Assembly: GCA_964645795.1 (NCBI GenBank)
Contig: CAZYCL010000002.1
Coordinates: 16,352 to 80,351 of the forward strand
Direction: 5' to 3'
From: an uncultured Planctomycetales bacterium
GTDB lineage: Bacteria; Omnitrophota; Gorgyraeia; Gygaellales; Profunditerraquicolaceae
Length of the DNA: 64,000 nt
In this document: positions 40,155-49,457 of the stretch, one piece after another
Position numbering within the stretch: position 1 is the stretch's first letter
How the letters are laid out: the number at the start of each line of letters is the position of its first letter
Notes under the pieces: generated by a model
Databases searched by the model: none
What the model saw: the letters and a program-made list of their open reading frames with translations, nothing else
What the model was told of the DNA's origin: nothing
Program-made: the position numbers and the translations under genes

Positions 40155-40348
40155 AGCGCAAGACTCAGGATCACGCTGATTAAAAGCGAGGTCGTCAGAG
40201 GAAAGTAGATGGTGAGGTTTTCTTTCTTTATCAGGATATCTCCGGGGAGCTTTCCCAGAAAAGGGATCCTGTTAAAGAAGGCGCACAGAAACCCCAGGCC
40301 CAGGAGCAGCGCTCCGAAAACAATCAGCATCTTTGCCAAATACGCCAT
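40133..40348 (-). CDS. DUF2905-family small membrane protein
   Basis: 71 aa with two TM helices and the GKLPGDI motif. Confidence 0.6.
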   Translation of the reverse strand: MAYLAKMLIVFGALLLGLGFLCAFFNRIPFLGKLPGDILIKKENLTIYFPLTTSLLISVILSLALWLFSRK

Positions 40349-40887
40349 TACCTCTTTCTCCTTGCCGACCTTTCAATATCGGAATAAACGCAACCGCAAT
40401 ACTTCTGGCAATACAGGCCCGTTGCCCTGGCCTCTTCGTGGGCCTTGGCAAAACCCGGGCGGAAGTCTTCATAATAAAACCTTACTCCCGCATCCTTTTC
40501 TGCCTCCTCCCCCAGCTTTTTTATCATCTCCTGGCTCTGATAAGGGCTGACCAGAAGAGTAGTCGTGAAGGCATCGAATAATTTATCCTTGGCGCACCTT
40601 GCGGCCTGTTCAAGACGTAGCGACCAACAGATAACGCACCTCTGGGGGCTGTTCTCTTTCATATTCACCGCGCGGAAGAATTCGGTAGGCTGATACTCGG
40701 GTATAAACAGCTCCAGGCCTGCGCGCAGGGCAAAATCCTCGGCCGCGCGCCTGCGCAGCTTATACTCACCGTAGGGATGGACGTTGGGATTGTAAAAGAC
40801 CCCGGAGACTGAATGACCGGATTCCTTTAGCCGGCGTAAGGGATATATGGCGCATGGCGCGCAGCATATGTGAAGCAGGAGCTTCAT
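40348..40887 (-). CDS. queH: Epoxyqueuosine reductase QueH (DUF208)
   Basis: Begins LLLHICCAPCA and has further Cys (CVICW, CQKYCGC), the QueH signature. Confidence 0.8.
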   Translation of the reverse strand: MKLLLHICCAPCAIYPLRRLKESGHSVSGVFYNPNVHPYGEYKLRRRAAEDFALRAGLELFIPEYQPTEFFRAVNMKENSPQRCVICWSLRLEQAARCAKDKLFDAFTTTLLVSPYQSQEMIKKLGEEAEKDAGVRFYYEDFRPGFAKAHEEARATGLYCQKYCGCVYSDIERSARRKR

Positions 40888-40892
40888 TTGCT

Positions 40893-41024
40893 AACCCCTG
40901 CGCCTGCCTGAAGGTTTGTTGGCGCCCAATCCCCTCTTAAATATCCGCCTAAAACAAAAGGCAGCCATGCCCAGGATAAAAAACCAGGAGACCGCCATAA
41001 ATACCCAGCCCCACGGCTTCATCT
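40893..41024 (-). CDS. Possible small hydrophobic peptide of about 43 aa
   Basis: The ATG is preceded by GGGGAAG. The product MKPWGWVFMAVSWFFILGMAAFCFRRIFKRGLGANKPSGRRRG ends 4 nt before queH. It could be non-coding. Confidence 0.25.
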
Positions 41025-41041
41025 CTTCCCCTTTCGAAACA

Positions 41042-42253
41042 TTAGAGATATATCATATCACCGGAATGAAAAAGCGAAAGGAATAAAAGCAGATAGTCCT
41101 TAAGGTGGCGCGTCAGCAGGAAATTATTCTTGACGTGCTCCTTGCCGTTCTCTCCCAGTCTTCTGGCGTAGGCGGGACTATTGAGGATCTGCTTTATCGA
41201 AAATGCAGCACCCTCCACGGAGTGGCAAAGTAGCCCCGAGTATTTATGCTTGATCTGAAGCGGTATGCCTCCGACATTAGAGGCTACTACCGGCTTGGCT
41301 TTCCAGAGGGCTTCGGAGACCGTCAGGCCAAAACCTTCGCGCAGGGACTTCTGCAATATCACGTCTGAGGCCCTTTGCAGGGCGTTGACTTCGATGTCGT
41401 TATGCGGCAAGAGCAGCACGTGTATATCTTTGTCGCCCTTAGCCCTTTCCCGCACTTCATCCAATACCTGCAGCCCTTCGGGATCGTCGCTGGCAGTGCC
41501 TCCCGCAAGGACCAGCTGGCAATCGATATACTTTTTGACCCGGGAATACGCCTGTACTACGCCGACCGGATCTTTTAGCCGGTCAAAACGGGAGATCTGG
41601 GTGATCATGGGCTTATCCCTGGTCAGGCCGTATTTAGCCAGGACCGCACTGATCGTTTCCTCCGGCAGCTCCCTGTTTTTATCGCTTAACGGGTCGATCG
41701 AAGGAGCGATCAAGAACTGCCTTATGGGCAGGGGCCGGGAGAAAGAAGGAGCGGAGAAAACGGATGCGTCGTAACTTTTGATGAAATCCATCAGGAAACC
41801 CCATACCTGTTGGTTGGGATTGGAGACGTCGATATGGCAGCGCCAGATCCATTTATTGGAAGCCTTCTTCTCGATAAGCGCGATAGGTTGGGGGTCGTGA
41901 ATAAAGACCACGTCTCCGTAAGTTTCCACCTCTTCGATGTTCTTGCGGCTGGTCTCCATGAAGGCCTCGAAGTCCGCATCGCAAATCGGCTCCTGTTTGC
42001 CGTGAAGCAGATTATGGAACTTCTTGGTCACGTCAAAAAAACGCTCGCCGCCCTTGATCAGGTCCCAGCGCGCATCCACCCCCAGTTCTTTAAGCAGCGG
42101 GACCATGCGGTTGAGTATTTCGGCCACCCCGCCGCCGACCGAAGTGGAGTTGATGTTCTGGATGACCTTGCCTTGGAGCTTCTCGGCAAGCATCTTAAGG
42201 CCATCGACCAGTTCGCTTCCGATTATGGGAGTATAATCCTGTAATCCTGCCAT
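41042..42253 (-). CDS. treT: Trehalose glycosyltransferring synthase (TreT-type GT4 glycosyltransferase)
   Basis: Collinear with TreT: INSTSVGGGVAEILN, FFDVTKKFHNLLHG, WIWRCHID, ITQISRFDRLKDP and ASDVILQKSLREGFGLTVSEALWK. Confidence 0.75.
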   Translation of the reverse strand: MAGLQDYTPIIGSELVDGLKMLAEKLQGKVIQNINSTSVGGGVAEILNRMVPLLKELGVDARWDLIKGGERFFDVTKKFHNLLHGKQEPICDADFEAFMETSRKNIEEVETYGDVVFIHDPQPIALIEKKASNKWIWRCHIDVSNPNQQVWGFLMDFIKSYDASVFSAPSFSRPLPIRQFLIAPSIDPLSDKNRELPEETISAVLAKYGLTRDKPMITQISRFDRLKDPVGVVQAYSRVKKYIDCQLVLAGGTASDDPEGLQVLDEVRERAKGDKDIHVLLLPHNDIEVNALQRASDVILQKSLREGFGLTVSEALWKAKPVVASNVGGIPLQIKHKYSGLLCHSVEGAAFSIKQILNSPAYARRLGENGKEHVKNNFLLTRHLKDYLLLFLSLFHSGDMIYL

Positions 42254-42256
42254 TTT

Positions 42257-42922
42257 TTATGCGAACATCTGCGCTATTTTGATCAGAGTCAGCCTCAATT
42301 CTTCCATCGTATAAGTATAGGGGTCAAGCCGCGAGATCTTTTCCGCCAGCACTTTGTTACCCAAGGAAGAATCGATCCACCAGGAGAAATCATTGGTTGT
42401 CTTACCCAGGCGCAGGCGCGCTTCAAAGATATGGAAATAGAGAGAGTCAATGCCTACCTTCTTTAGTATTTCTACGAAATCCGCCAGATTGCTTGCCGTA
42501 TAAGAAGTAGGGAGGATAAAACTGACCGACTTTATGAAGTTGAACTCCTCTTCGCTCCTGCAGAACTTGAGCTTGCTTAAGGGGTTTTCCCCCAGGTAAG
42601 CCTCGATTATCCTTACAAACTCTTTCCTCAGGTCTTCCAGGCAGACGAACTGTATTACGTCGACACTGGCCAGCTCCTCGGCAAGCCTGTCTTCGCCCAG
42701 GGCCTCCGCCACCCAGTAAGAAAAGTCATTCGGCGGCTCAGGAGAAAAAGTCTGGTGCTGCTGAAGGAACCTGTGGGTGTGATGGTAGATGCAGGATTCC
42801 GGGACCTGCTTGACCAGGTCCAAGAGCTGGCCCAAGGTAGCGGCACGCAGCCCCGTAAGCTCGGTTAAATGAAGCCTGGTATAAAACCTGAAACCCTCTT
42901 TGGCCTGTTGATCCTGGCTCAT
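42257..42922 (-). CDS. Hypothetical protein embedded in the trehalose gene block
   Basis: 221 aa with no recognisable motif. It overlaps the otsB stop and sits 3 nt before treT. Confidence 0.5.
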   Translation of the reverse strand: MSQDQQAKEGFRFYTRLHLTELTGLRAATLGQLLDLVKQVPESCIYHHTHRFLQQHQTFSPEPPNDFSYWVAEALGEDRLAEELASVDVIQFVCLEDLRKEFVRIIEAYLGENPLSKLKFCRSEEEFNFIKSVSFILPTSYTASNLADFVEILKKVGIDSLYFHIFEARLRLGKTTNDFSWWIDSSLGNKVLAEKISRLDPYTYTMEELRLTLIKIAQMFA

Positions 42923-43725
42923 AATCTGGCGACCCTCAGCTCAAAAAACCTGTTCAACAAAACCCCTGTTTCCCTGCAGTTATTCAGGTAATAATCCGAA
43001 GAGAACGCTTTCTGGGGCTTGCCCACCAAAACGGTCAGGCCTTTTCCTTTGAGCGCCCTGAACGCGTCCTCATCGGTAGAGTCGTCTCCCAGATAAACGG
43101 CTAATACCTCTTTTTCGCAAGCACGCAGCTTCTCCCGGGCCAAAAGCCACATCACGGCCTTTGCCTTGTTCCAGGACAAAGACGGCCTGACCTCAAGCAC
43201 CATTTTCCCCGCCTTTACGGCCACCCTGCCCTCCCTAACATAAGGGGCCAGGACATCACGGAACCTTTTTTTAAGCAGCGCCTGCTCGCTTTTGCGGACT
43301 TTACGGTAATGCAGGGACAACGTAAAATCTTTATCCTCAAGTATCGCCCCTTTAATGCCTTCCAGGGCGCATCTTAGCCCAAAACAGATCTCCTTGATCT
43401 GCTGCTTTAGCTGCGGGCTCATGTAGCTGTTGAACTTTATATACGGACCCTCTATCTCCATGCCGTGATTGCCGCAGTAAACGATACCTTTGAGCTGGAT
43501 CTTCTCCTTTATATCAGCCAATGACCTGCCGCTTATAATAGCCAGCCTTACCGAAGGCAGCACCGAGATGGCCGCCAGGGTAAGCCGCACCTCCTGATGG
43601 ATAAGCGCTTTCTCCGGAGAAGAGACGATAGGGGCGAGCGTGCCGTCGTAATCAAGAAAAAAATAGACGTGCTTTCCGGCAAGCTCCCGGGAGACCTTCT
43701 TCCAGTCCTTGAATAGATGCCTCAT
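42919..43725 (-). CDS. otsB: Trehalose-6-phosphate phosphatase (HAD family)
   Basis: HAD motif I FFLDYDGTLAPI, plus motifs III/IV (LGDDSTDEDAF). Confidence 0.8.
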   Translation of the reverse strand: MRHLFKDWKKVSRELAGKHVYFFLDYDGTLAPIVSSPEKALIHQEVRLTLAAISVLPSVRLAIISGRSLADIKEKIQLKGIVYCGNHGMEIEGPYIKFNSYMSPQLKQQIKEICFGLRCALEGIKGAILEDKDFTLSLHYRKVRKSEQALLKKRFRDVLAPYVREGRVAVKAGKMVLEVRPSLSWNKAKAVMWLLAREKLRACEKEVLAVYLGDDSTDEDAFRALKGKGLTVLVGKPQKAFSSDYYLNNCRETGVLLNRFFELRVARL

Positions 43726-43728
43726 CCC

Positions 43729-45960
43729 TTAAGCCTTCCTTAAAGAAACCAGCTCCGTGATTATGTCCCCGGCCCAGCGATAGACGTTGTTCTCCTTTAT
43801 CATATTGCGCATGCTTTCCATGCGTCGCGCCCTTTCTTCCATGGGCATCTCCACCGCCGTTTTTATGGTGTCGGCAAACTCCTCGATGGCGTAAGGATTT
43901 ATCTGCAGGGCATCATTAAACTCCCGGGCCGCTCCGGTAAAACGGCTCAATATCAGGACCCCGTTAAGATCGGTCTTGGAAGCTACATACTCTTTGGCCA
44001 CCAGGTTCATGCCGTCATGCAGGGAGCTTACGATACAGATATCCGCAAGGCTGTAAAACGGCAGTATCTCATCGGCGGAAAAATGCTTCTTCAAGTATAT
44101 TATCGGCATCCACTCCCCGTCGGAGTATTTCCAATTCTTTTTTTCCACCAACTCGTCGATCTCTCCCATGAGGTCATGGTAGCGTTTGATATGGGTGCGG
44201 CTGGGAGCGGCAAGCTGTACCAGGACGAATTTATTGCGGTACTGCGGGTACTTTTCGATGAACCTGTCCACCGCCATGATCCTCTCCGCCAGCCCCTTGG
44301 TGTAATCAACCCTGTCCACGCCTACGGCAACAATCTTATCCTCCAGGCCGAACTCCTTACGGATGACCTCTATCTTTTTCCTGTCGGACTCCGGGATGCT
44401 GGAAAGGCAACCCGCTACGCTGATAGGAAAAGATTTAACCATGGTTTCTTTGCCGAAACGCACCACGCTGAACTTCTCCGTATCGACCCTGGATTCAAGA
44501 AGCCTGTTTGCGGTATCAAGAAAGTTATTGCAGTGGTTCTGAACATGAAAGCCGATCAAGTCGCAGGACAACATCCCTTCCAGTATCTGCTCCTGATAAG
44601 GACAAGTGGCAAAGACCTCCGGATTCGGCCAGGGTATATGCCAAAAAATGGCAATTATGGTATCGGGACGCTTTTCCTTGATGAACTTGGGCAGGAGGGT
44701 AAAATGGTAATCCTGGACAAAGACAAACGCCGGTTTGTTCGGAAGCTCCTCCAGAAGGCTTTCGGCAAACTTGCGGTTTGCCTTCTCGTACATCTTCCAG
44801 TCGTCTTCCCGGAAGATCGGACGGGTATGCGTGATGTGACAGAGCGGCCAAAGGCCTTCATTTGAGAAACCGTAATAATAACCTTCCTCTTCTTCCTTGG
44901 TAAGCCATACACGTTTTAAGATATAGCGCTCATCCTTCGGAGGCACACCCAGCTTATTCTTGGAGTTGACGAATTTTCTATCGGCATTGCCGCTTCCGTG
45001 GCCCACCCACATGCCGCCGCAGGCGCGCAGTATCGGGTCTAGCGCCGTAACTACGCCGCTTGCCGGCCGGAAGCATTTGTAATTACCCGTGGCCTCATCT
45101 ATCACATGCATGTACGGCTCACGGTTGGAGACCACGAATAAAGCGTTATCTCCGAGCTTGGCCCTGATAAGATCACGAAGTTTAGCCTCAGTCCAGATCT
45201 CTTCTTTGGCGATGCGCTCCGCGGCCTTATCGGATACTACCCGTCGGGCAACCCGCAGGCTAAGGGCTATCTGTTCTACTTCGCTGGCAAGCTTGCCGAG
45301 GTCGTCTTTAGCCTTAATGGGATGGGGGATATCGGTCTCGCCTTTCTGGAAGTAGTGAAACCACTCCGTAAGCCTTTTAACCGGAAGGATGAATATCCTC
45401 CATTGTATAAGCAGCATGGTCAGGAGTATCAGCACCAGAAGGGTGATCAGCGATATGCTGATACGTCTCCAGAGCTCCGCAATAATCGAAAACACATAGG
45501 AAGTGTCGTAGACCACCTCGACCAGGCCCAGGATATTATTTTCTTCGTCTTTAACCGGCAAAATATAGCTATATACCGAAAGCTCCCTGAACTGCTCCAG
45601 CGATGCGCGCGGCTGTTTTTTCTCGATTATCTCTCTAAGATATGGCTTGTCCTTTTCTCTCCACTCCGCCAGCCTCTCGGTTATAGCTATTATCTTGCCT
45701 TCCTTGTCGTAGATAACGCAACCCTGAAGCCGCTCCCTGTTCTGAAAGCTCTCAACCAGGCGTTTGGCGCTCTTCAGGTCGTTTTCGGAAAAAATATGTT
45801 TTGCCGTAGCCTCGATACTCTCGTCCACCGCCCTGGCTTTCCTTTTCAAATCATCCATCAGCCGCTCTTCTTCAAAGCGGACCTGACGCACCCCGAAGAT
45901 GGCGAACACCGCGGTAACGATTATCAGTATCGGCAGTATGAACAAAAGCAGTCTTTTCAT
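43729..45960 (-). CDS. otsA: Trehalose-6-phosphate synthase (GT20) fused to an N-terminal TM / extracytoplasmic domain / TM / HAMP-like module
   Basis: Residues 1-260 contain a TM (LLLFILPILIIVTAVFAIFGV), a soluble domain of about 140 aa, a second TM (ISISLITLLVLILLTMLLIQW) and a HAMP-like helix pair. From about residue 270 the sequence is GT20 OtsA (FVVSNREPYMH ... WHIPWP ... SLHDGMNLVAKEY). Confidence 0.85.
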   Translation of the reverse strand: MKRLLLFILPILIIVTAVFAIFGVRQVRFEEERLMDDLKRKARAVDESIEATAKHIFSENDLKSAKRLVESFQNRERLQGCVIYDKEGKIIAITERLAEWREKDKPYLREIIEKKQPRASLEQFRELSVYSYILPVKDEENNILGLVEVVYDTSYVFSIIAELWRRISISLITLLVLILLTMLLIQWRIFILPVKRLTEWFHYFQKGETDIPHPIKAKDDLGKLASEVEQIALSLRVARRVVSDKAAERIAKEEIWTEAKLRDLIRAKLGDNALFVVSNREPYMHVIDEATGNYKCFRPASGVVTALDPILRACGGMWVGHGSGNADRKFVNSKNKLGVPPKDERYILKRVWLTKEEEEGYYYGFSNEGLWPLCHITHTRPIFREDDWKMYEKANRKFAESLLEELPNKPAFVFVQDYHFTLLPKFIKEKRPDTIIAIFWHIPWPNPEVFATCPYQEQILEGMLSCDLIGFHVQNHCNNFLDTANRLLESRVDTEKFSVVRFGKETMVKSFPISVAGCLSSIPESDRKKIEVIRKEFGLEDKIVAVGVDRVDYTKGLAERIMAVDRFIEKYPQYRNKFVLVQLAAPSRTHIKRYHDLMGEIDELVEKKNWKYSDGEWMPIIYLKKHFSADEILPFYSLADICIVSSLHDGMNLVAKEYVASKTDLNGVLILSRFTGAAREFNDALQINPYAIEEFADTIKTAVEMPMEERARRMESMRNMIKENNVYRWAGDIITELVSLRKA

Positions 45961-47028
45961 TTATGACTTTTTCTCCTGTTCGTAATTGATCGCCCGGATG
46001 GGATATGGAATGATTATGCCTTCTTTGGCGTAACGCCGGTGGAGGCGCTTTATGAACTCGTGCTTAATAAGATACTGGTCCACGAACTCCAGCGCGCGCA
46101 GTATCACCGTAAAGTTTATGCTGAAAGCGTCGAACGTATGATACCGGATAAAAGGATCGAAGCCTGCCACCCCGCCCTGGACTTCCTTCATTACTTCCTT
46201 TGCCACCTCGCAGGTAACCTTCTCGACTTTTACCAGGTCACTGTCATAATGCACCCCGATGTTTATAAGGACCGCCATCTCTTTGTCCGGCAGATAAAAA
46301 TTGGTTATGATGGCCTTGGCCAGCTTTTCGTTGGGCACCAATACCACATTGTTAGGCAGCATCCTTATCTTGGTAGTACGCCAGCTTATATCGGTGACGT
46401 AACCCTCCTCTCCCGACTCTATCTTGATATAGTCGCCGATCTTTACCTGGCGGGCGGCAATGATATGGAAACCGGAGAAAAGATTAGACAGGGTATCCTG
46501 AAGCGCCAGGGCAACGGCCAGGCCTCCTACGCCAAGCGTTGCCAATATGGGGGTGACCGAAATACCCAGGCTGTTGAGTATAATAAGGATACCCAGGCCG
46601 AAGATTATTATGCGGGCTACGTTGCGGCTAAGGGACGATACTGCTACGGCCGTGCTGAACTTGCGCGCATAAAGCTTTATCAGGCCGCTGGATAAATTGG
46701 CAAGCGTAAACGTCACCGAAAGTATGCCCAGGACCAAAAGCAGGCGGCTGAGGAACTGCGCTACCGGATCGGAGACGGTAGCCGCCTTTACCCCAAAGAA
46801 TATACCCAACATGATAAACCACAGGATAAAAGGGTGCTTTATGGACCCGAGTATGACATCGTCAAGCTCGCTCTCGGTCCTCTTAGACCAACCTAACAGC
46901 TTGAAAAACAATATCTTGCGAAGTATATATCCGAAAATGACCGTTAAAAGGAAGACGGCAGCCGGGACAGCCAACATCAGAGATTTATCGAGCAATATCT
47001 GTATATAATCCTGCATTCCTACCTCCAT
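45961..47028 (-). CDS. Mechanosensitive channel, MscS family
   Basis: 355 aa with N-terminal TM helices and the MscS pore-helix/beta-domain region (GLGILIILNSLGISVTPILATLGVGGLAVALALQDTLSNLFSG). Confidence 0.8.
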   Translation of the reverse strand: MEVGMQDYIQILLDKSLMLAVPAAVFLLTVIFGYILRKILFFKLLGWSKRTESELDDVILGSIKHPFILWFIMLGIFFGVKAATVSDPVAQFLSRLLLVLGILSVTFTLANLSSGLIKLYARKFSTAVAVSSLSRNVARIIIFGLGILIILNSLGISVTPILATLGVGGLAVALALQDTLSNLFSGFHIIAARQVKIGDYIKIESGEEGYVTDISWRTTKIRMLPNNVVLVPNEKLAKAIITNFYLPDKEMAVLINIGVHYDSDLVKVEKVTCEVAKEVMKEVQGGVAGFDPFIRYHTFDAFSINFTVILRALEFVDQYLIKHEFIKRLHRRYAKEGIIIPYPIRAINYEQEKKS

Positions 47029-47088
47029 AAAAAAGCCGGCACCTGCAAATTCTGCAGATGGCCCACCTGCAACTTTTTGTGTGTTTTC

Positions 47089-47118
47089 ATTATAGGCGTT
47101 TTCCTACCGGATTTCAAT
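47089..47118 (-). promoter_or_regulatory. Possible promoter (TTGAAA-18-TATAAT) with a leader of about 70 nt ahead of mscS
   Basis: The reverse complement of 47089-47094 is TATAAT and that of 47113-47118 is TTGAAA. The leader holds direct CACCTGCAA repeats and a U-run before a GGAGG SD. Confidence 0.3.
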
Positions 47119-47194
47119 CATTTTCTAGTCTTTGATCACAGACTTAAGTCTTTAGCGCGCTAATAGTTAGCGTATAGTTCTTTGAATTACGGCC

Positions 47195-47560
47195 TCAACC
47201 TAAAAGCCTGTTTACTTTTCTAACCAGCTCGGAGATATTCTCGGATTTACAGTAATAGTCATCGGCGTCAAATACCGCCAGCTCCTGTTCTTCTACCGGC
47301 CAGACGCTTGCTACCATGACCTTTATCCCGGGAAAATCGTTCTTTATCCTCTCATAAAGATCCATCCCGCTGGAAAACGGCAGGATGAGATCAAGGATGA
47401 CCAGATCCAAACCTTCCTTTCTGAGGAGCTCCAGGGCATCCTGCTGGCTCTGCGCACTCAGACAGCAGTAACCCGCGTCTTTGAGCTTGCGGGAAAAGAT
47501 CTCTATTAAACCCCGCTCATCCTCTATGATCAGTATGCGCTTCTCCTGCTTCTTCGTCAT
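47195..47560 (-). CDS. Stand-alone response-regulator receiver protein (CheY-like)
   Basis: 121 aa; D-D-K receiver signature (ILIIEDE..., LDLVILDLILP). Confidence 0.75.
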   Translation of the reverse strand: MTKKQEKRILIIEDERGLIEIFSRKLKDAGYCCLSAQSQQDALELLRKEGLDLVILDLILPFSSGMDLYERIKNDFPGIKVMVASVWPVEEQELAVFDADDYYCKSENISELVRKVNRLLG

Positions 47561-47912
47561 GGCCTATCGTATTACGCACCAGTTTTAAGAGTGAGTGTAT
47601 CCCCTGCGACTTGTCAAAGTATCCCTGGGCATCGGGGATATGCTTCTTCTGCTCTTCGACAGGGTAAACGCTGGCAACAATTACCTTTGTGTAATTGTGG
47701 AACAGCCTGATTATCTCATAGAGCGTCACCCCGTCGACTTCCGGCATCTTGATGTCCAGGAGGACGAGGTCAAACTTTTCTTTTTTGAGCTTATCGTTGG
47801 CCTGAACGGGATCAGTCACCCCTACAACTTCACACTCCGCCGAAGACAGAAGCCTGCTGAACACCCAGTTGATCTTCTGCTCATCATCTACTATGAGGAT
47901 GCGCTTTTTCAT
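47517..47912 (-). CDS. Stand-alone response-regulator receiver protein (CheY-like)
   Basis: 131 aa; receiver signature (ILIVDDE..., FDLVLLDIKMP). Overlaps the next gene by 44 nt. Confidence 0.75.
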   Translation of the reverse strand: MKKRILIVDDEQKINWVFSRLLSSAECEVVGVTDPVQANDKLKKEKFDLVLLDIKMPEVDGVTLYEIIRLFHNYTKVIVASVYPVEEQKKHIPDAQGYFDKSQGIHSLLKLVRNTIGHDEEAGEAHTDHRG

Positions 47913-48003
47913 CTTGCCTCCTTTCTAAGCTAAAACCAGCTTATCAAACAGGCAATTAAGGACGAATGAATTTAGGATTAATTTTTCTTAATGGGCGGGG
48001 ATC

Positions 48004-49455
48004 TTAAGGCAGGGGCAGCTTTACCGTAAAGACAGAGCCCTCGCCGTAGCGGCTGGAAACCGTAACCTGGCCGCCATGGGCCTTGGCGATTGACTGACAG
48101 ATACTTAGGCCCAGTCCGCTTCCGGGTATTTCTTTGGCTTGAGGCTGGCGCGTCCTGTAGAACTTCCTGAACAGGTTCGGCAGCTCTTCTTGCGGTATGC
48201 CTCTTCCTGTATCGGCGATCAAGATATGCGCGTCGTTGCCGGAAAGCTCCAGCTTCAGGTCTATCCTGCCGCCTTCGGAGTTGAACTTCATGGCATTGTC
48301 CAGAATATTGAAGAAGAGCCTGCGCAAGGTAAGCTTATCCCCTTTTATGTATAACGGACCGGCAGGAAAGCTGCAATTAACGGTAATTTTCTTTTTGGCC
48401 GCCAGGAGCTTGGCCTGCTCGCAGATCTCGCCAAGAAACTCCGTCAGCTCGAACTCCTCGGATTTAAAGGCATCTTTTTTGAACTCGAGCCTGGTAAGCA
48501 ATAGCAGCTGATCTATGGTCACCAGCATCCTTTCGGCTTCCGCCAGGACCTCTTCCATTGCCGACTTGTACTCTTTTACGGACCTGTCTCTTTCCAGGGC
48601 CAACTCCGCCTCTCCCCGGATTATGGCCAGCGGCGTCTTTAGCTCATGAGTGGCGTAAGCAGTGAAGTCGCTCATGTACTGGAAAGAGTTCTCCAGACGG
48701 CCAAGCATATCATTAAAAGAATCGGCCAAAAACCGCATCTCTTCGTCCATACGTTCAGTCTTGAGGCGGCGGCGCAGGTCTTTGTAAGATATGCCCCTGG
48801 CCGTAATGGCGATATCCATGACGGGGTTGAGTATCCTTATGATAAAAAGCCTGCCGATGAGGCTGGCCAGGACAAGGACGATGGAAAGGCCGATGAGATT
48901 TTGTTTTAATCTGCTGGTCAGAAGATTGTGTATGCGCTCTATATCGACTCCCGCAAACAGGATGTAGGCGCCATCCCCTCCCCGGGAAACGGTCCTGCGT
49001 ATAAACCTTAACGCATGATTCTGGTGATGAAGGTTATAGATTTGGTTTCGCTGCCAGTTACTCTTATAAAAAACCGCCTTTATCTGCTCGGGGATGTTCT
49101 CCGTAACGTATATGAGCCTGCCCGCGCTATCCAAAACGCAGACATAAAGCTCGTCATTAGCGGGATAAGAAGCGGCCTGGGCCGCATCATCCTGGCTATT
49201 TTTAAGCAGCTCGATGCGCGGCGTAACTCCTTTTACCGCCGAGACCAGCGCATCCGCATCCGCTTTCTCAGCCGATAATCCGCTGCTAATAGCAAAGGCT
49301 ATCTCTTCTGCCTTAAGCTGGAGCGTGGCGTCCACATGCGAGTAGAGGCTGCGGTACAAACTGATAAATAAAGCCCCCCTGTAGATAATAAGGATCCCCC
49401 CGAGGATAAGAACATATAATACCGTGATCTTGAATTTTATGGAGCTAAACTTCAT
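48004..49455 (-). CDS. Sensor histidine kinase (TM / periplasmic / TM / HAMP / HisKA / HATPase_c)
   Basis: H-box ATHELKTPLAIIRGE, plus N, G1 and G2 boxes (DTGRGIP, GSGLGLSI). Confidence 0.85.
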   Translation of the reverse strand: MKFSSIKFKITVLYVLILGGILIIYRGALFISLYRSLYSHVDATLQLKAEEIAFAISSGLSAEKADADALVSAVKGVTPRIELLKNSQDDAAQAASYPANDELYVCVLDSAGRLIYVTENIPEQIKAVFYKSNWQRNQIYNLHHQNHALRFIRRTVSRGGDGAYILFAGVDIERIHNLLTSRLKQNLIGLSIVLVLASLIGRLFIIRILNPVMDIAITARGISYKDLRRRLKTERMDEEMRFLADSFNDMLGRLENSFQYMSDFTAYATHELKTPLAIIRGEAELALERDRSVKEYKSAMEEVLAEAERMLVTIDQLLLLTRLEFKKDAFKSEEFELTEFLGEICEQAKLLAAKKKITVNCSFPAGPLYIKGDKLTLRRLFFNILDNAMKFNSEGGRIDLKLELSGNDAHILIADTGRGIPQEELPNLFRKFYRTRQPQAKEIPGSGLGLSICQSIAKAHGGQVTVSSRYGEGSVFTVKLPLP

Positions 49456-49457
49456 TT

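Noticed and set aside
44017-44865. 282-aa plus-strand ORF inside otsA
   Set aside because: Antisense to the GT20 catalytic domain, which carries unambiguous OtsA motifs; a shadow ORF.
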